The position numbers and the translations under genes were made by a program. 64,000 bases of DNA. Origin: Paragordius varius. Its lineage: Eukaryota > Animalia > Nematomorpha. The notes below the pieces were generated by a model that was given only the letters and a program-made list of their open reading frames with translations, had not been told where the DNA came from and did not search any database. The DNA is taken from the NCBI GenBank assembly GCA_964247055.1, contig OZ176052.1:7316001-7380000 (forward strand). The letters are read 5' to 3'. This document shows, one piece after another, positions 51,419 through 63,084 of this stretch (the first letter of the stretch is position 1; each line of letters starts with the position of its first letter).

Positions 51419-54144
51419 CAGGGGTGGCCACACTTTTTTTGTCGCGAGCTTTTTTTTTGGCTTTTTTGTTAAAAAAAGAGTTCGCGGTCACCCAGAAATA
51501 TTTATCAAAAAAACTCAATCAACACTTTAAATGATGTATATACCTGCTTTACAGATTAGAGTGACTTGTTTAAACCATTTTAAAATTGTAATTTTTTTAT
51601 CTATCAACCAAATACAAAAATAATTTTAATTAAAAGACAACGGGTTATTATCTACCTTAATTTTTTAACCAACATAAAACACTTCAAAATATTTATTTAT
51701 TAAATTTCTATTATATGAAATTTTACAATATAAAAATTTAAACAATGCATTTGAAATTACAGGGGAGAATACATTATGATACAAAAAATAAAAGAAATAA
51801 AAAATAGCATTCCAATTTAGAACCATAATTTAAACATAAATAAGAGTACATTAAAATTGTATCAGTTTTAATTCTATCCACATATTTTTTAGTAAATCGG
51901 CTTTTTCCTAAGCGAAAATACAACTCGATAAACATCCATATTTAATAAAGAAAAAAATATTTAAAACGCCCGACTGCGAAAAAATTCAGAAAGTTTATCT
52001 AAATTAGGTTCAAATGAAGTTAAAGCAATTCTCAAACATGATTCTAAATGTTTATTAGTTAATTGTGACTTCTGTTTAGTTTTGATAGCATTCATAATTG
52101 AAAAAGCCGATTCACATAAATATGTGGATCCAAAAAAAGAATTGAATAATGCAGAGGTTTTCCAAATATGGGGGTATTTATCTTTATTTATAAATTTATA
52201 TATATCTGATCCTAATGATTTTAGATGGATATCGCATTTAACATTTATTAATTCCTCTTCCAACTCTGCTAAATTTGGTACACCAAGAAAGTGGCTGAGT
52301 TTTTGAGCAATATATTCAACATTATTATTATTATTAAATGGGCATGATAAAAAAATAGCGATGTCTAGTTTATTTATAGATGAAAATCGTTTTTCAAAAT
52401 CATTAATAAGCAGACCAATATCATCTGCATATTTTTCAAAAGAGAGATTCTCTATTTTTTCAGACACCGCTGCCAGATTAAAAAAAATGTTTTAAATCTC
52501 GGTTTTTTAATTGTGTTTCTACTACTGTTAGTGTTTCCTTAAAAGATTTTAAAGCACCCATCATATCCATTATTGTTTTATCTTTTCCTTGTAATTGGAT
52601 GTTTAATTTATGCAATTTTTCCGTGATATCGCATAAAAATGCAAGATCAAGCAGCCAATCTTGATCTTTCAATTCAGGGTATGAAAATTTAGAATTCTCT
52701 AAAAAAATTTCTATTTGTGGTAAAAGTTGCCTAAATCTAATTAAAAATGCGGCACGACTCAACCACCTTACATCAGTATGTAATAAAAGTTCTCCATATT
52801 CCACGCCGCACTCATTTAACAAAATTCGAAATTGGCGGCGGGACAAGCTTTTTGTTCGAATGGCGTTAACAATTTTAAAACAGGGGTTCATTACATGATG
52901 GTATTTTAAAACTTTTGAACATAAAACTTGATTATGGATTATACAATGGTAATCAATGAACTTGGGAAATGCACTGTGATTTTTACATAAAGCGATAAAG
53001 CCGTTGTTAACGCCAATCATAGCTGGAGCTCCATCAGTAGTTATAGAGATGGGAAGTTTCGTATCTGTGATAAATTTATAAAAAGAATCAAAAATATCCT
53101 GCCCTCTGGTTCGTTTGTGGAGAGGTATTATAGTTAATAATTCCTCCTTTGCAGATAAATCACTAAATATCATACGAATAAAAATGCATAATTGGGCGAT
53201 TCCAACATAATCGGTGGACTCATCGAGTTGCAAGGAAAAAATATACAGTTATTAATATTTTCATGTAAAATTTCATCAAGATTATTACTAATATCTTCAG
53301 CCCTGCGCATAACGGTATTTCTCGATAAGCTTATGCTTTTAATAGCTGTCATAATATTATTTTTGTTATCAAAATTTTCAAATAAAATATCACAAGTGCT
53401 AATAAAGGCTTCTTTAAATATTTCACCATCTTGGAATGGCTTATTGTTCCGAATGAGTATTTCCGCTACCTTGAATGAAGCAATCGTAGCATTTTTATAG
53501 TCTTTGTTGTATTTAAGTATGCTATTTTGTGAGGCGGATAATTGTTCTTTTAATTCCTTTACTTTAATGTTGCGTTCTTGAGTTTGTAAGGGGTAGTTTT
53601 TGGAGTAATGTGGATGCAGAGATCTATAATGTCTTTCAATATTTGACTTTTTGGGCAAAGCAACAGTACTATTGCATATTAGACAGGTGCATGTTTCATT
53701 TATCATAATAAAAAAGTATTCATGCTCCCAATCTTTCTTGTATCTGTACAACTTTTTTTGGCTCATTCTAAAATATAAGTTTTAAAAACCTACTTTTGGT
53801 GTATCAAATCAAATCTAACTTCACGATTATGCTTCTGATTTATGAATAAGCTTTGCTCAAAGTTTTGATATATTCAAGGGAAATGACTGATTTTAAGTTT
53901 TAATGCAAATGCTCCAAAACATATGAATTATAAATAATAAAATAATTTTTTTACACCCTTTTCTTAGACGTTTTTTTTTAATTTAAACCGTATTTTTTTG
54001 TATTTTAAATTTAAATTCGCTCAGAAGTAGCCAACTATCCGAAAAAAATCAATAAAATTTTTTAAAAAAAATATTTTCAGGCGGTCACTTTTTGAGTTGT
54101 CGCGGTCACGAAAGTGACCGCGGTCACCTCGTTGGCCACCCCTG
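51419..54144 (-). mobile_element. Full-length hAT (Buster/SPIN-like) DNA transposon; transposase split by two frameshifts
   Basis: 12-bp TIR CAGGGGTGGCCA and perfect 8-bp TSD GTCTACCG (51411-51418, 54145-54152; nnnTAnnn as in the Buster group). ORF pieces 53766-53170, 53233-52478 and 52467-51961 carry a BED finger (CLIC...RHY..LH), QLDESTD, TTDGAPAM, HCIIH, VRWLSRA and FGSTYLCESAFS. Confidence 0.95.
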
Positions 54145-54239
54145 GTCTACCGGTTTAAAACTGAGACGCCATACAGAAATGGCGTGGTTTTGGAGCTGAT
54201 TAAAAAACTAAAAAGCCATACGAGTTCAATTAAACACAT

Positions 54240-55280
54240 TTCATCATCATTCATTTGTATGGGGATTCGCCATTAAATGACGGTACACCCGTTTTTTCCA
54301 CTCTTCTCTTGATTTGGCTAATTCTAGATTTAAATTGAGCGATTCGGGGTTATTAATTATTGTGTTGAGCCATGTGGTATGGGGTCGGCCAGATTTCGCT
54401 GGTAGTTCAACCGAGTAATTTTTCATAGTTTTAAGAATGTATCTTGCCGTCTCTCAACATGTCCAGCCCATTGTAACCGGAGATTTCTGATGACGTTGTT
54501 GATGGGGTTGAGATTGAGTATATGGTACGGGTTTATGGATTCGGTATAATTGAATTTAGAGGGATTGTGTGCAAATAATATTGTTTTCAATAATTTGGAT
54601 TCAGCGTTTATGAGTTTGGACTCATTTGTTTTTGACATCGGCCAGGATTCAGATGCATATGTGAGAACGGGACGGATGGCTGTAGCGTAAATGGCACATT
54701 TAGTTTGTAACAAATTTATTATTAATTTTAACGAATGGTATTTTTTCCACATTTGTGATATGCGATGCTTAATTGCATGTTCTATTCCTCCACCGGCTGA
54801 TATCATATCGCCCAAATAGCAAAAACTGCTCACTGTTTCCATATTGAAAGGGTTGGGAATCGAGTTGATTGTTAAATTAATATTATTATTTAAACATGCC
54901 GAGGTAGTTTTTATCGTAATCATTTATAGATTTGAGGCTACTACATTTTTTGTGTACCCATAGAAGACAAGAATTGCAGCGTACAGAATTTGATTTAACT
55001 TCTTTTCTACATACGCTGCATGGGTTTTTAGCGGTGAGATTATCGTACATTAATTTGGTTTTGAGAAATTGACTTTGACACCATAACTTTTTAAGGTGTC
55101 ATTCCACAGACGAATTTTCCCTATGAGATCGCTTTCCGATGTCGATGATATTACGAGGTCATCGGCGTAAAGAATTTGGTGTGCACATTTCTGGTAAATT
55201 TATCCATTTTTTTTAAAAAGGGACTACAAATGAGTTACTTTTTCTAGCCCTTGATCCCAGCTGTGAACACAATTTCAAAA
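54240..55280 (-). mobile_element. 5'-truncated RTE-like LINE fragment with the same Cys-finger-in-RT architecture as 9095-12404
   Basis: ILYADDLVI; CSVCRKEVKSNSVRCNSCLLWVHKKC; FCYLGDMIS; YASESW; LRLQWAGHVERR. Confidence 0.85.
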
Positions 55281-55527
55281 TAAAACTTTTAACCATGATT
55301 TCGTAAAACGAGAACCATAAATTAAATCCAATGATAGTTGAATATTAACTTTAATACAGGACAGTTTGAATATTGTTAGTTTCGAGTAAACAATGTTTGA
55401 GCCTATGTAAAAACCCGTAAAAGAATAATTTAAGACATTTTTTTTATTAAATATGTTTTTTATTATTTTATCTCCATTACTTCATATTATTGCAAATTGT
55501 AAATAATAATTATCGATGAGATTACAT

Positions 55528-55556
55528 CACAGCGAAGCGTGACAGGGCCAGCTAGT
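55528..55556 (+). mobile_element. Candidate Helitron 3' terminus
   Basis: Short GC hairpin CACAGCGAAGCGTG followed about 10 nt later by CTAG then T; no 5' end identified. Confidence 0.35.
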
Positions 55557-55752
55557 AACATTATAAATATGAATATTTAATGGTATTTATCAATACAACT
55601 AAATGCCCTGATTAATACATTACGGCCAATTGATTAAATAATAAATGAAATATCTAACAGATCTAAAATTTATTTTTCAAATAAATAATTTAATTTTTTT
55701 AAATATATTAAAGGTTTTATATTAATAGGATATATTATCCAATCATAAAAAT

Positions 55753-58700
55753 TCAAGATTTCATTTTCAATAACATAATTCGCAATTCTATAAATTCTTC
55801 AATATCCTTTTTCATATCTTGGCTAAACACCTAAAAATTTAAATTAATTAACATACCCTATTCCCAATCAAATTTTGTAGTCCATAGTACCATACGTTAT
55901 ACTAAATAATAATATATTAAAAAGAAAATATATAACCTACGGAAATTCCGTAAGATAGTGTAAAATTGAAATAAATATTAATGCATTCAGAGTATTATAT
56001 GAATCACTTCATCATTAGTAATCGCAGACCTTTTTGGTGCTTATTAGCACTCATCAGGATTCAAAAACCATTTAACTTGGTTTCACATATCATTTTGTAA
56101 TATATTCAACTTGAAATCTTTGATAATGCAGTCGGTAATACAAAATACTCAATATTTATAAACGAAAAAAATGAGAAAATTTAAATTCTAATTTTGAGTA
56201 AACCAATAAAATTTAAAAAATTTTGAGAGAACAACGGGGTAAAGCTGAGAACCGAAACCGGTTCAGATTCGTTAATTAAATTCTGGTCTAAAGTCACCAT
56301 GATAATATTTTTATTTGTGGCTGAAAAATACAGATGTGGGATTTAGATTTTTAAACCAAATTCTCTTACCAAATATCACCGATGGAATCATGAATTTAAT
56401 TAATATAAAAAATTATTAAATTTATCCATTGATTTGATCTTCAATTATTTCATACAATATTAAAGTAAAACAATAATTATGTTAAAAATTCATTAACTAA
56501 AAAACTAGCTAAAAAACTTACACTATGTTCATCAGGAGCTAACAATGAAAGTGAACCCCCTATTGTGTTAAAATCTTCGGATGATCCCCGCAAGTATAAC
56601 GAGTTTGATGATATGGGCTAAAAAATTTATTTAAGCGAAATAATTTAATCATTATAATAAAATAAATATTGCAATAAATATTTTGACTTTTCAATTCCTC
56701 TAAGCTTAAATCATTGAATTCTTCAATACATTTTGGGTTAGTATAACCAGTGGCAATTTTATATTAGAATCTTTTTCAAAATGATATTAGGCGAAATTTA
56801 AAATAAAACAATTTTTGGCCTTATAAGCGCCCTTATTTTAACTTGAACATTTAGCCATATTTTATACTTTATTTTTTAAGAAAATTGTTAAAAATATAAA
56901 TAATTAAAATTAGGTGCATATAATTAAAACTTAACAGAAACAAACTATCCTAATACGAAAAAATAAAATAATTTATTGAAGTGAATACTTTTTTCTGTGG
57001 CTTCTGCATAGGTGATGAATCCAAGGGACCTGTGGATATTTTGTTAGTGCTAATATCGAGATTTATATTTTTGATCATTACTATATAATAATTAATAATA
57101 TTAGACTAAGTACAGTAAAGAGCATGTATGCCGTTTTTATTCTCAATGATATATGTAAATGTATGTGAGTAAGAATGAATTATTTTTGTTTTAATTTGTT
57201 AACCCTATGTACAATTCAAAAAAGAAAAAATATGACTTTATATGTGTATAAAAAAATTTTAATTTTTAAAAGATTCCAATAACCATAACTTAAGCTAATT
57301 TCATGAAACTGTATAGTTAAAATTTATTTCATGCTGAATTGAACAAATATTGAATTCTTATACATTACTTATATTAACATTCTTGTGAACTATTCTGGCT
57401 GGATCCTGATGATCACAAAAAGTGTACATAAGAAATGTCTTATCGTTAGATAATTGGAGACAACAGTAACGATCTGTATCATAAAAATATTATTATATGC
57501 ACAGGTTCAAAAAGGTGGCAATATATAGCAACTAGAAGTGACATGCTATATAAACTGGGAATTACATATAATCTGATAATCAGCCTTGTGTCACTTTCGT
57601 AACAGTTTCTCATTCTTATTTATTTGAATCTAAAAAATACTATCCTAAATTTGGATTTATATAGATTAAATAAACACCGTTGTAAAAATAAATCAATAAA
57701 ACTACTCGATTCTAGCCTTGAATACTATTTTTTATATAACAACTACCATTATTGCTGCATCAATTAATGAATAAATGCGCGACATTAGAAAGATTTAGCT
57801 AATAATGATTTTTTAAGCATTTCTAATAGAGAATGGACCATTTAAATTTTATGTACAATTGTATTTCCACAAAGCATATATGTCAATCAACATGCGGCGC
57901 TTATAATAATTTGTGGCAAAATGACTTTAAACCTTTAATTCTTTGACTATTCTTTTGGGGTTGGTTTAGAAAAAACGTGCCTTGACACATAATATTCCAC
58001 CGGTTTTCCAAAACCATGTCTTCGACTTCCGGTAAAAAATTATTGTAAATCTCCCTTTATAACACAGTATATATGATACAAAAAAGATAATATTTATTTA
58101 ATTATTTAAAACAGGGGTCGACCTAGGGCTGGCTTGCCAAAACATTTAGAAAAATTAAAAAAAAATTTAATTAAAGTTTAGCCATAAGCGAGCCGAAACG
58201 CGCATGTATTGTTAAGAATAATTTTTTTCCATTATACACTATTATATTGACATAGAGTACTATTTTTATTATATTTTCAAACATGGGGCTCGTCTAAAAT
58301 CTTAACTGTTCATCTCCAAAAAAGGTTTCCAACCCCTGATTTAAAAATATTGCTAAATATCAGTTGATTGTGGGTCCGATTTAATTGCTAAACATTATGA
58401 CTGATGTGAATTTAAGTCAGTAAGATAGTAAGACGGTAAGACAGAAAGATAGTAAGACGGTAAGACAGTAAGACAGTAAGCATAAGACAGTAAAATATTT
58501 GTATAAAAAACATACATTCGTGATAAGTCTGCTAATAGGAGACTTAGGTGTTGCAATTAAAAGAAGAAGAACGTGATCCAGATATACTAAGAGAGGAGGT
58601 TGAATTAGCCTTAAAACAAATTCCTAACAACAAAGCGATGGGATTAGACAATATCCCAATAGAGTTCATAAAAGCTATTCCCGTTGAAAAGTTACACCAG

Positions 58701-61700
58701 TTATGTCAAAAGGTGTGGGAAACATGTGAGTGGCCAAACGACTGGACATCATCTGTATATCTCCCAATATACAAAAAAGAAGATGCACTCCAATGCGAGA
58801 ACTATCGGAACATATCTCTTATTAGCCACGCTAGTAAGGTCTTACTAAAAGTAATACAAAACAGGATGCACAGTATCATACAGACAGAAATACCAGAAAA
58901 TCAAGCCGGATTTATGAAGGGAAAGAGCACAAGAGACCATATCTCAAACATGAGAAGGATAATGGAAACATCAAAAGAGTATCAGAAAGAATTATACATG
59001 TGTTTTATTGATTACAGACAAGCCTTCGATTCAATTAACTATGACTCCTTGTGGGAAACATTAAAGTTAGTAGGGGTATCGTCTCACTTAATAAGATTGA
59101 TTAGCTCTCTCTATGTTAAACAAAGAGCGATTATTAGAACATCAGCGGGGGACACAGACGAAATACCTATCTTGAAAGGAGTCAGACAAGGGTGTTGCTT
59201 ATCCCCTTATCTGTTCAATATGTGCACAGAAATGATAATGAGGAAGTTGGATGGTAAAAATATTGGAGTAAGAATAGGAGGGAGAACAATCAATAATTTA
59301 AGGTTTGCAGACGATACCACTCTTATAGCTGAAAGTGCAAATGATTTGAAGGAATTGATTGAAGAGATTCGAAAGGAAAGTTTGAGGTATGGTCTTAGGC
59401 TTAATCCTAACAAAACCAAAATATTATGTACAGGAAAAAAGCCTACAATTTTTATAGAAGGAGTAGAAATAGAAATAGTTAAACAGTTAACGTTTTTGGG
59501 CGCAATAATTTCAGAGGATGGGTCTTCAACTCCTGACATCAGAAAGAGAATAGGATTGGGCAGAGAAGCGATGACCAAATTAATAAAGATTTGGAAAAAC
59601 AAAAGCGTAGAAGTTGAAACCAAAAAAAGATTACTCTACTGTTTCGTTCTCCGGTCACCACATATGGATGTGAGAGTTGGACTCTCAGAAAAAGGGACAA
59701 AGAAAGGCTCATGGCTTTTGAAAGGAGCTGCTGGCGTAGGATGCTAGGATACACCTGGAAGGATAAAATTAAGAATGGAAATCTAATTTCAGAAATAAAA
59801 CCTAAAACAAACATACTGGAGATAATTCTAAAAAGAAAGTTAACATATTTTGGTCATGTCATGCGATCGAATTCTCTGGAGAAAGATACAATGTTTGGGA
59901 AAGTAGAAGGGCAAAGGAAACGAGGCCGACCACCGATGAGGTGGTTGGATATGATAAAAGAAGAGACCAAAATGACACTGAAAGAGCTCAATATAGCGGT
60001 TAAAGATAGAAAAAAATGGAAAGAAATAGTTAAAACTATATCCAAAAAGTCGTTTACGACTTAGGAAAAACCAACCAACCATCAAAATTTCAAAGTATTA
60101 TAACTTAAAAAATATTGCATCTTTTTGAATTCTGTAAACTGGAGGATTGAAAGTCAGGTATCCTTTACAAATAATATATAGGGTTGAGTGAAAATGCGTA
60201 ATTCTTTCGACACGAAACTGAGTTTACTAAACACCTCCAAAAATTGTATAAATCTTAAAAAATATATAAAAAATCTTGGGTATTATAGAAGAAAATGGCA
60301 TCTATACCATTGTTTCTTATTTGGTAAATATTTTTTTTATATTTTTACAGTTTTAACAATTTTTTTTAAAAAAATTGTACTTCATGGTTCTGACAACAAC
60401 AAAAATAAATATAGCTAAATATTATTATAATAAATTTGAATTTTGTATTCTAAAATCAGCTTTTAACCCGATAATAACCGTTTTCCCCTAAAATTTTACA
60501 TGCAGAACGATATCAGATCCAGGGAAGTTTTGGTGGAATTACTTGAAAAGTATATTATTAATAAATATATAGATTTCCAATATTATATTCTAGAAAATCC
60601 AACAGTTTAGTTATGCACAAAGATCAATCAATCTTAACATATTTGTACATAGATCGCTATTTTCAAATATCCTTGCATCATGTACCCCTGGATATTTTAC
60701 CTCTAGAGATGTGAATATCTCATTGGAATTGATGGTGGCTTGTATATTAAAACTGTAAAAATTTTTTCGATTAAGATAATTCAACGATTCCTTGGTGGGT
60801 TTATTGATTTCAATGTGCGTGCAATCAATCGCACCAACGATACATGGAATTTTATATTTTTCCGCCCATAATGCCTGAGATGATTCCATTTCCGATTGAT
60901 TTTTGGGAAATCTTATCCACTTAGAACGTAGCCTACTACAATAATAACTAACATAAGAAATAATTTTAGTTGCGTAGCTACGTTCTCAGGTACTTTAACT
61001 TACCAACGATATGTGGAAATTTTCTTGAGGTATTTAGCCGACCCAGGATTCCAATATGGGGTTTCCAATGATTTTGGGATAGAACGTAGCTACGCAACTA
61101 AAATTATTTCTTATGTTAGTTATTATTGTAGTAGGCTACGTTCTAAGTGGATAAGATTTCCCAAAAATCAATCGGAAATGGAATCATCTCAGGCATTATG
61201 GGCGGAAAAATATAAAATTCCATGTATCGTTGGTGCGATTGATTGCACGCACATTGAAATCAATAAACCCACCAAGGAATCGTTGAATTATCTTAATCGA
61301 AAAAATTTTTACAGTTTTAATATACAAGCCACCATCAATTCCAATGAGATATTCACATCTCTAGAGGTAAAATATCCAGGGGTACATGATGCAAGGATAT
61401 TTGAAAATAGCGATCTATGTACAAATATGTTAAGATTGATTGATCTTTGTGCATAACTAAACTGTTGGATTTTCTAGAATATAATATTGGAAATCTATAT
61501 ATTTATTAATAATATACTTTTCAAGTAATTCCACCAAAACTTCCCTGGATCTGATATCGTTCTGCATGTAAAATTTTAGGGGAAAACGGTTATTATCGGG
61601 TTAAAAGCTGATTTTAGAATACAAAATTCAAATTTATTATAATAATATTTAGCTATATTTATTTTTGTTGTTGTCAGAACCATGAAGTACAATTTTTTTA

Positions 61701-62648
61701 AAAAAAATTGTTAAAACTGTAAAAATATAAAAAAAATATTTACCAAATAAGAAACAATGGTATAGATGCCATTTTCTTCTATAATACCCAATATTTTTTA
61801 TATATTTTTTAAGATTTATACAATTTTTGGAGGTGTTTAGAAAACTCAGTTTCGTGTCGAAAGAATTACGCATTTTCACTCAACCCTATATATTATTTGT
61901 AAAGGATACCTGACTTTCAATCCTCCAGTTTACAGAATTCAAAAAGATGCAATATTTTTCAAGTTATAATACTTTGAAATTTTGATAAGTCTCCTATTAG
62001 CAGACTTATCACGAATGTATGTTTTTTATACAAATATCTTACTGTCTTATGCTTACTGTCTTACTATCTTACTGTCTTACCGTCTTACTATCTTACTGTC
62101 TTAACGTCTTACTATCTTTCTGTCTTACCGTCTTACTATCTTACTGACTTAAATTCACATCAGTCTATATCTTAGCGAAATTATATATGTCATGATTTTT
62201 GGTTTAAAAATGTAATATGAATATTTATAATTTTAACCGCTATCCAAAGCAATCAGGTAATTACCATAAATATTAATAGGCCTAGACTTATTTTTGTTTT
62301 AATTACACTAAACAAGCTATATAACGCTTTTTAAAAAAATCAACGAATCATATTCATAATATTGAAACCAAAATATATATTTTAACATAAAAAGCTAAAA
62401 AATATCACGTAATACTTTATAACATTTTGGTCATTTTTATCAGTTGTGGGGATAATATCGTGGACTTTATTGGTGGAAAACTCAGGATCTGTCAGCAACT
62501 TGTGATAATTTATGGATTCAAAATTAAGGATTATTGTTTCAAAGGTTAAATGCCTATTTATGTAACTATCACTATTGGCTGAGACAACAAAATTGGAATT
62601 ATCCAACAGAAGTGAAAATCTTAATATTTCGCCTACGACCGTGCACAC
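55753..62648 (-). CDS. ELMO: ELMO/CED-12 family protein, C-terminal part (end of ELMO domain and PH domain); 5' exons not identified
   Basis: Phase-consistent GT-AG exon chain 62648-62416, 58054-57933, 57473-57369, 57080-56989, 56617-56522, 55901-55857, 55830-55753. Paired with recalled ELMO1 sequence: VCTVVGEILRFSL ~ VMQVVKEQVMRAL; EIYNNFLPEVEDMVLENRWNIMCQGTFF ~ [44 protein letters not shown] ~ FWYCRLSPNHKVLHY; LSLLAPDEHSYNVWYYGLQNLIG ~ [23 protein letters not shown]. Confidence 0.82.
58399..62165. mobile_element. Palindromic (foldback) PIF/Harbinger-derived element with two inverted transposase fragments
   Basis: Inner arms 60081-60986 and 61081-61986 (906 bp each) surround a 94-nt spacer. 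Outer arms are 58399-58545 and 61987-62165, with (AGTAAGAC)n subrepeats. 3-bp direct flanks TAT/TAT. HARBI1-like DDE motifs CIVGAIDCTHIEI, YLNRKNFYSFNIQA and YPGVHDARIF occur on both strands. Confidence 0.9.
58546..60080 (+). mobile_element. 5'-truncated RTE/BovB-like LINE inserted in the left arm of the palindrome
   Basis: RT motifs (KGVRQGCCLSPYLFN, RFADDTTLIA, TFLGAII, YFGHVMR, RGRPPMRW), one frameshift near 59650 and an (AACC)n tail. Removing it rejoins GAGACTT|ATCAAAATTT, which matches the intact right arm. Confidence 0.93.
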
Positions 62649-63084
62649 CTAAACATATAAATTGATAAATACAACTATAATAAAGTTAATTAATTAATAT
62701 GTTTAATTAATTGTGATATAATAAAAATATAATTTGACACCCAATTATGGAATCAAATAGTGTGACATCTCCTTTATCCAGATTGTGGATATGTTATATC
62801 TTAAATAGTAAAAATAAATAAAAATGCCTTTAATTATTTTAAAGATGATAATAAAAATTAAGAATCTTGTATAATTCTCATTGTAAAAACAGGATTAATT
62901 GACGATTTTTATATTAAATAATAAAATCAAATAAACTGATATGTAATATAAAACTAATTAACTAGAGTAAGTAATACGAAATAATTTAATTTTACATTAT
63001 GGTTATTTTAAAATATAGATATCCGTTTCATATCAAAAAAATCTATTATATAATAGATTGAACTAAAAAATTTTAATGACACAT

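Noticed and set aside
56018-56062. Hammerhead-ribozyme-like motif on the minus strand (CUGAUGA-GUGCU-AAUA-AGCAC-CAAA...) in an ELMO intron
   Set aside because: Stem II is good, but the core GAAA reads CAAA, stem III is mismatched and the NUH site needs an extra base. At best it is a dead relic, and no Penelope-like ORF is nearby.
60188-61879. Twin 76-aa ORFs (MKMRNSFDTK...) on opposite strands
   Set aside because: They are a by-product of the palindrome arms, with low-complexity AT-rich composition and no GTG/ATG-context or homology support.
62720-62800. Possible next upstream ELMO exon (TIWIKEMS, resembling KTWKEMR)
   Set aside because: No phase-compatible splice donor was found before the in-frame stop.
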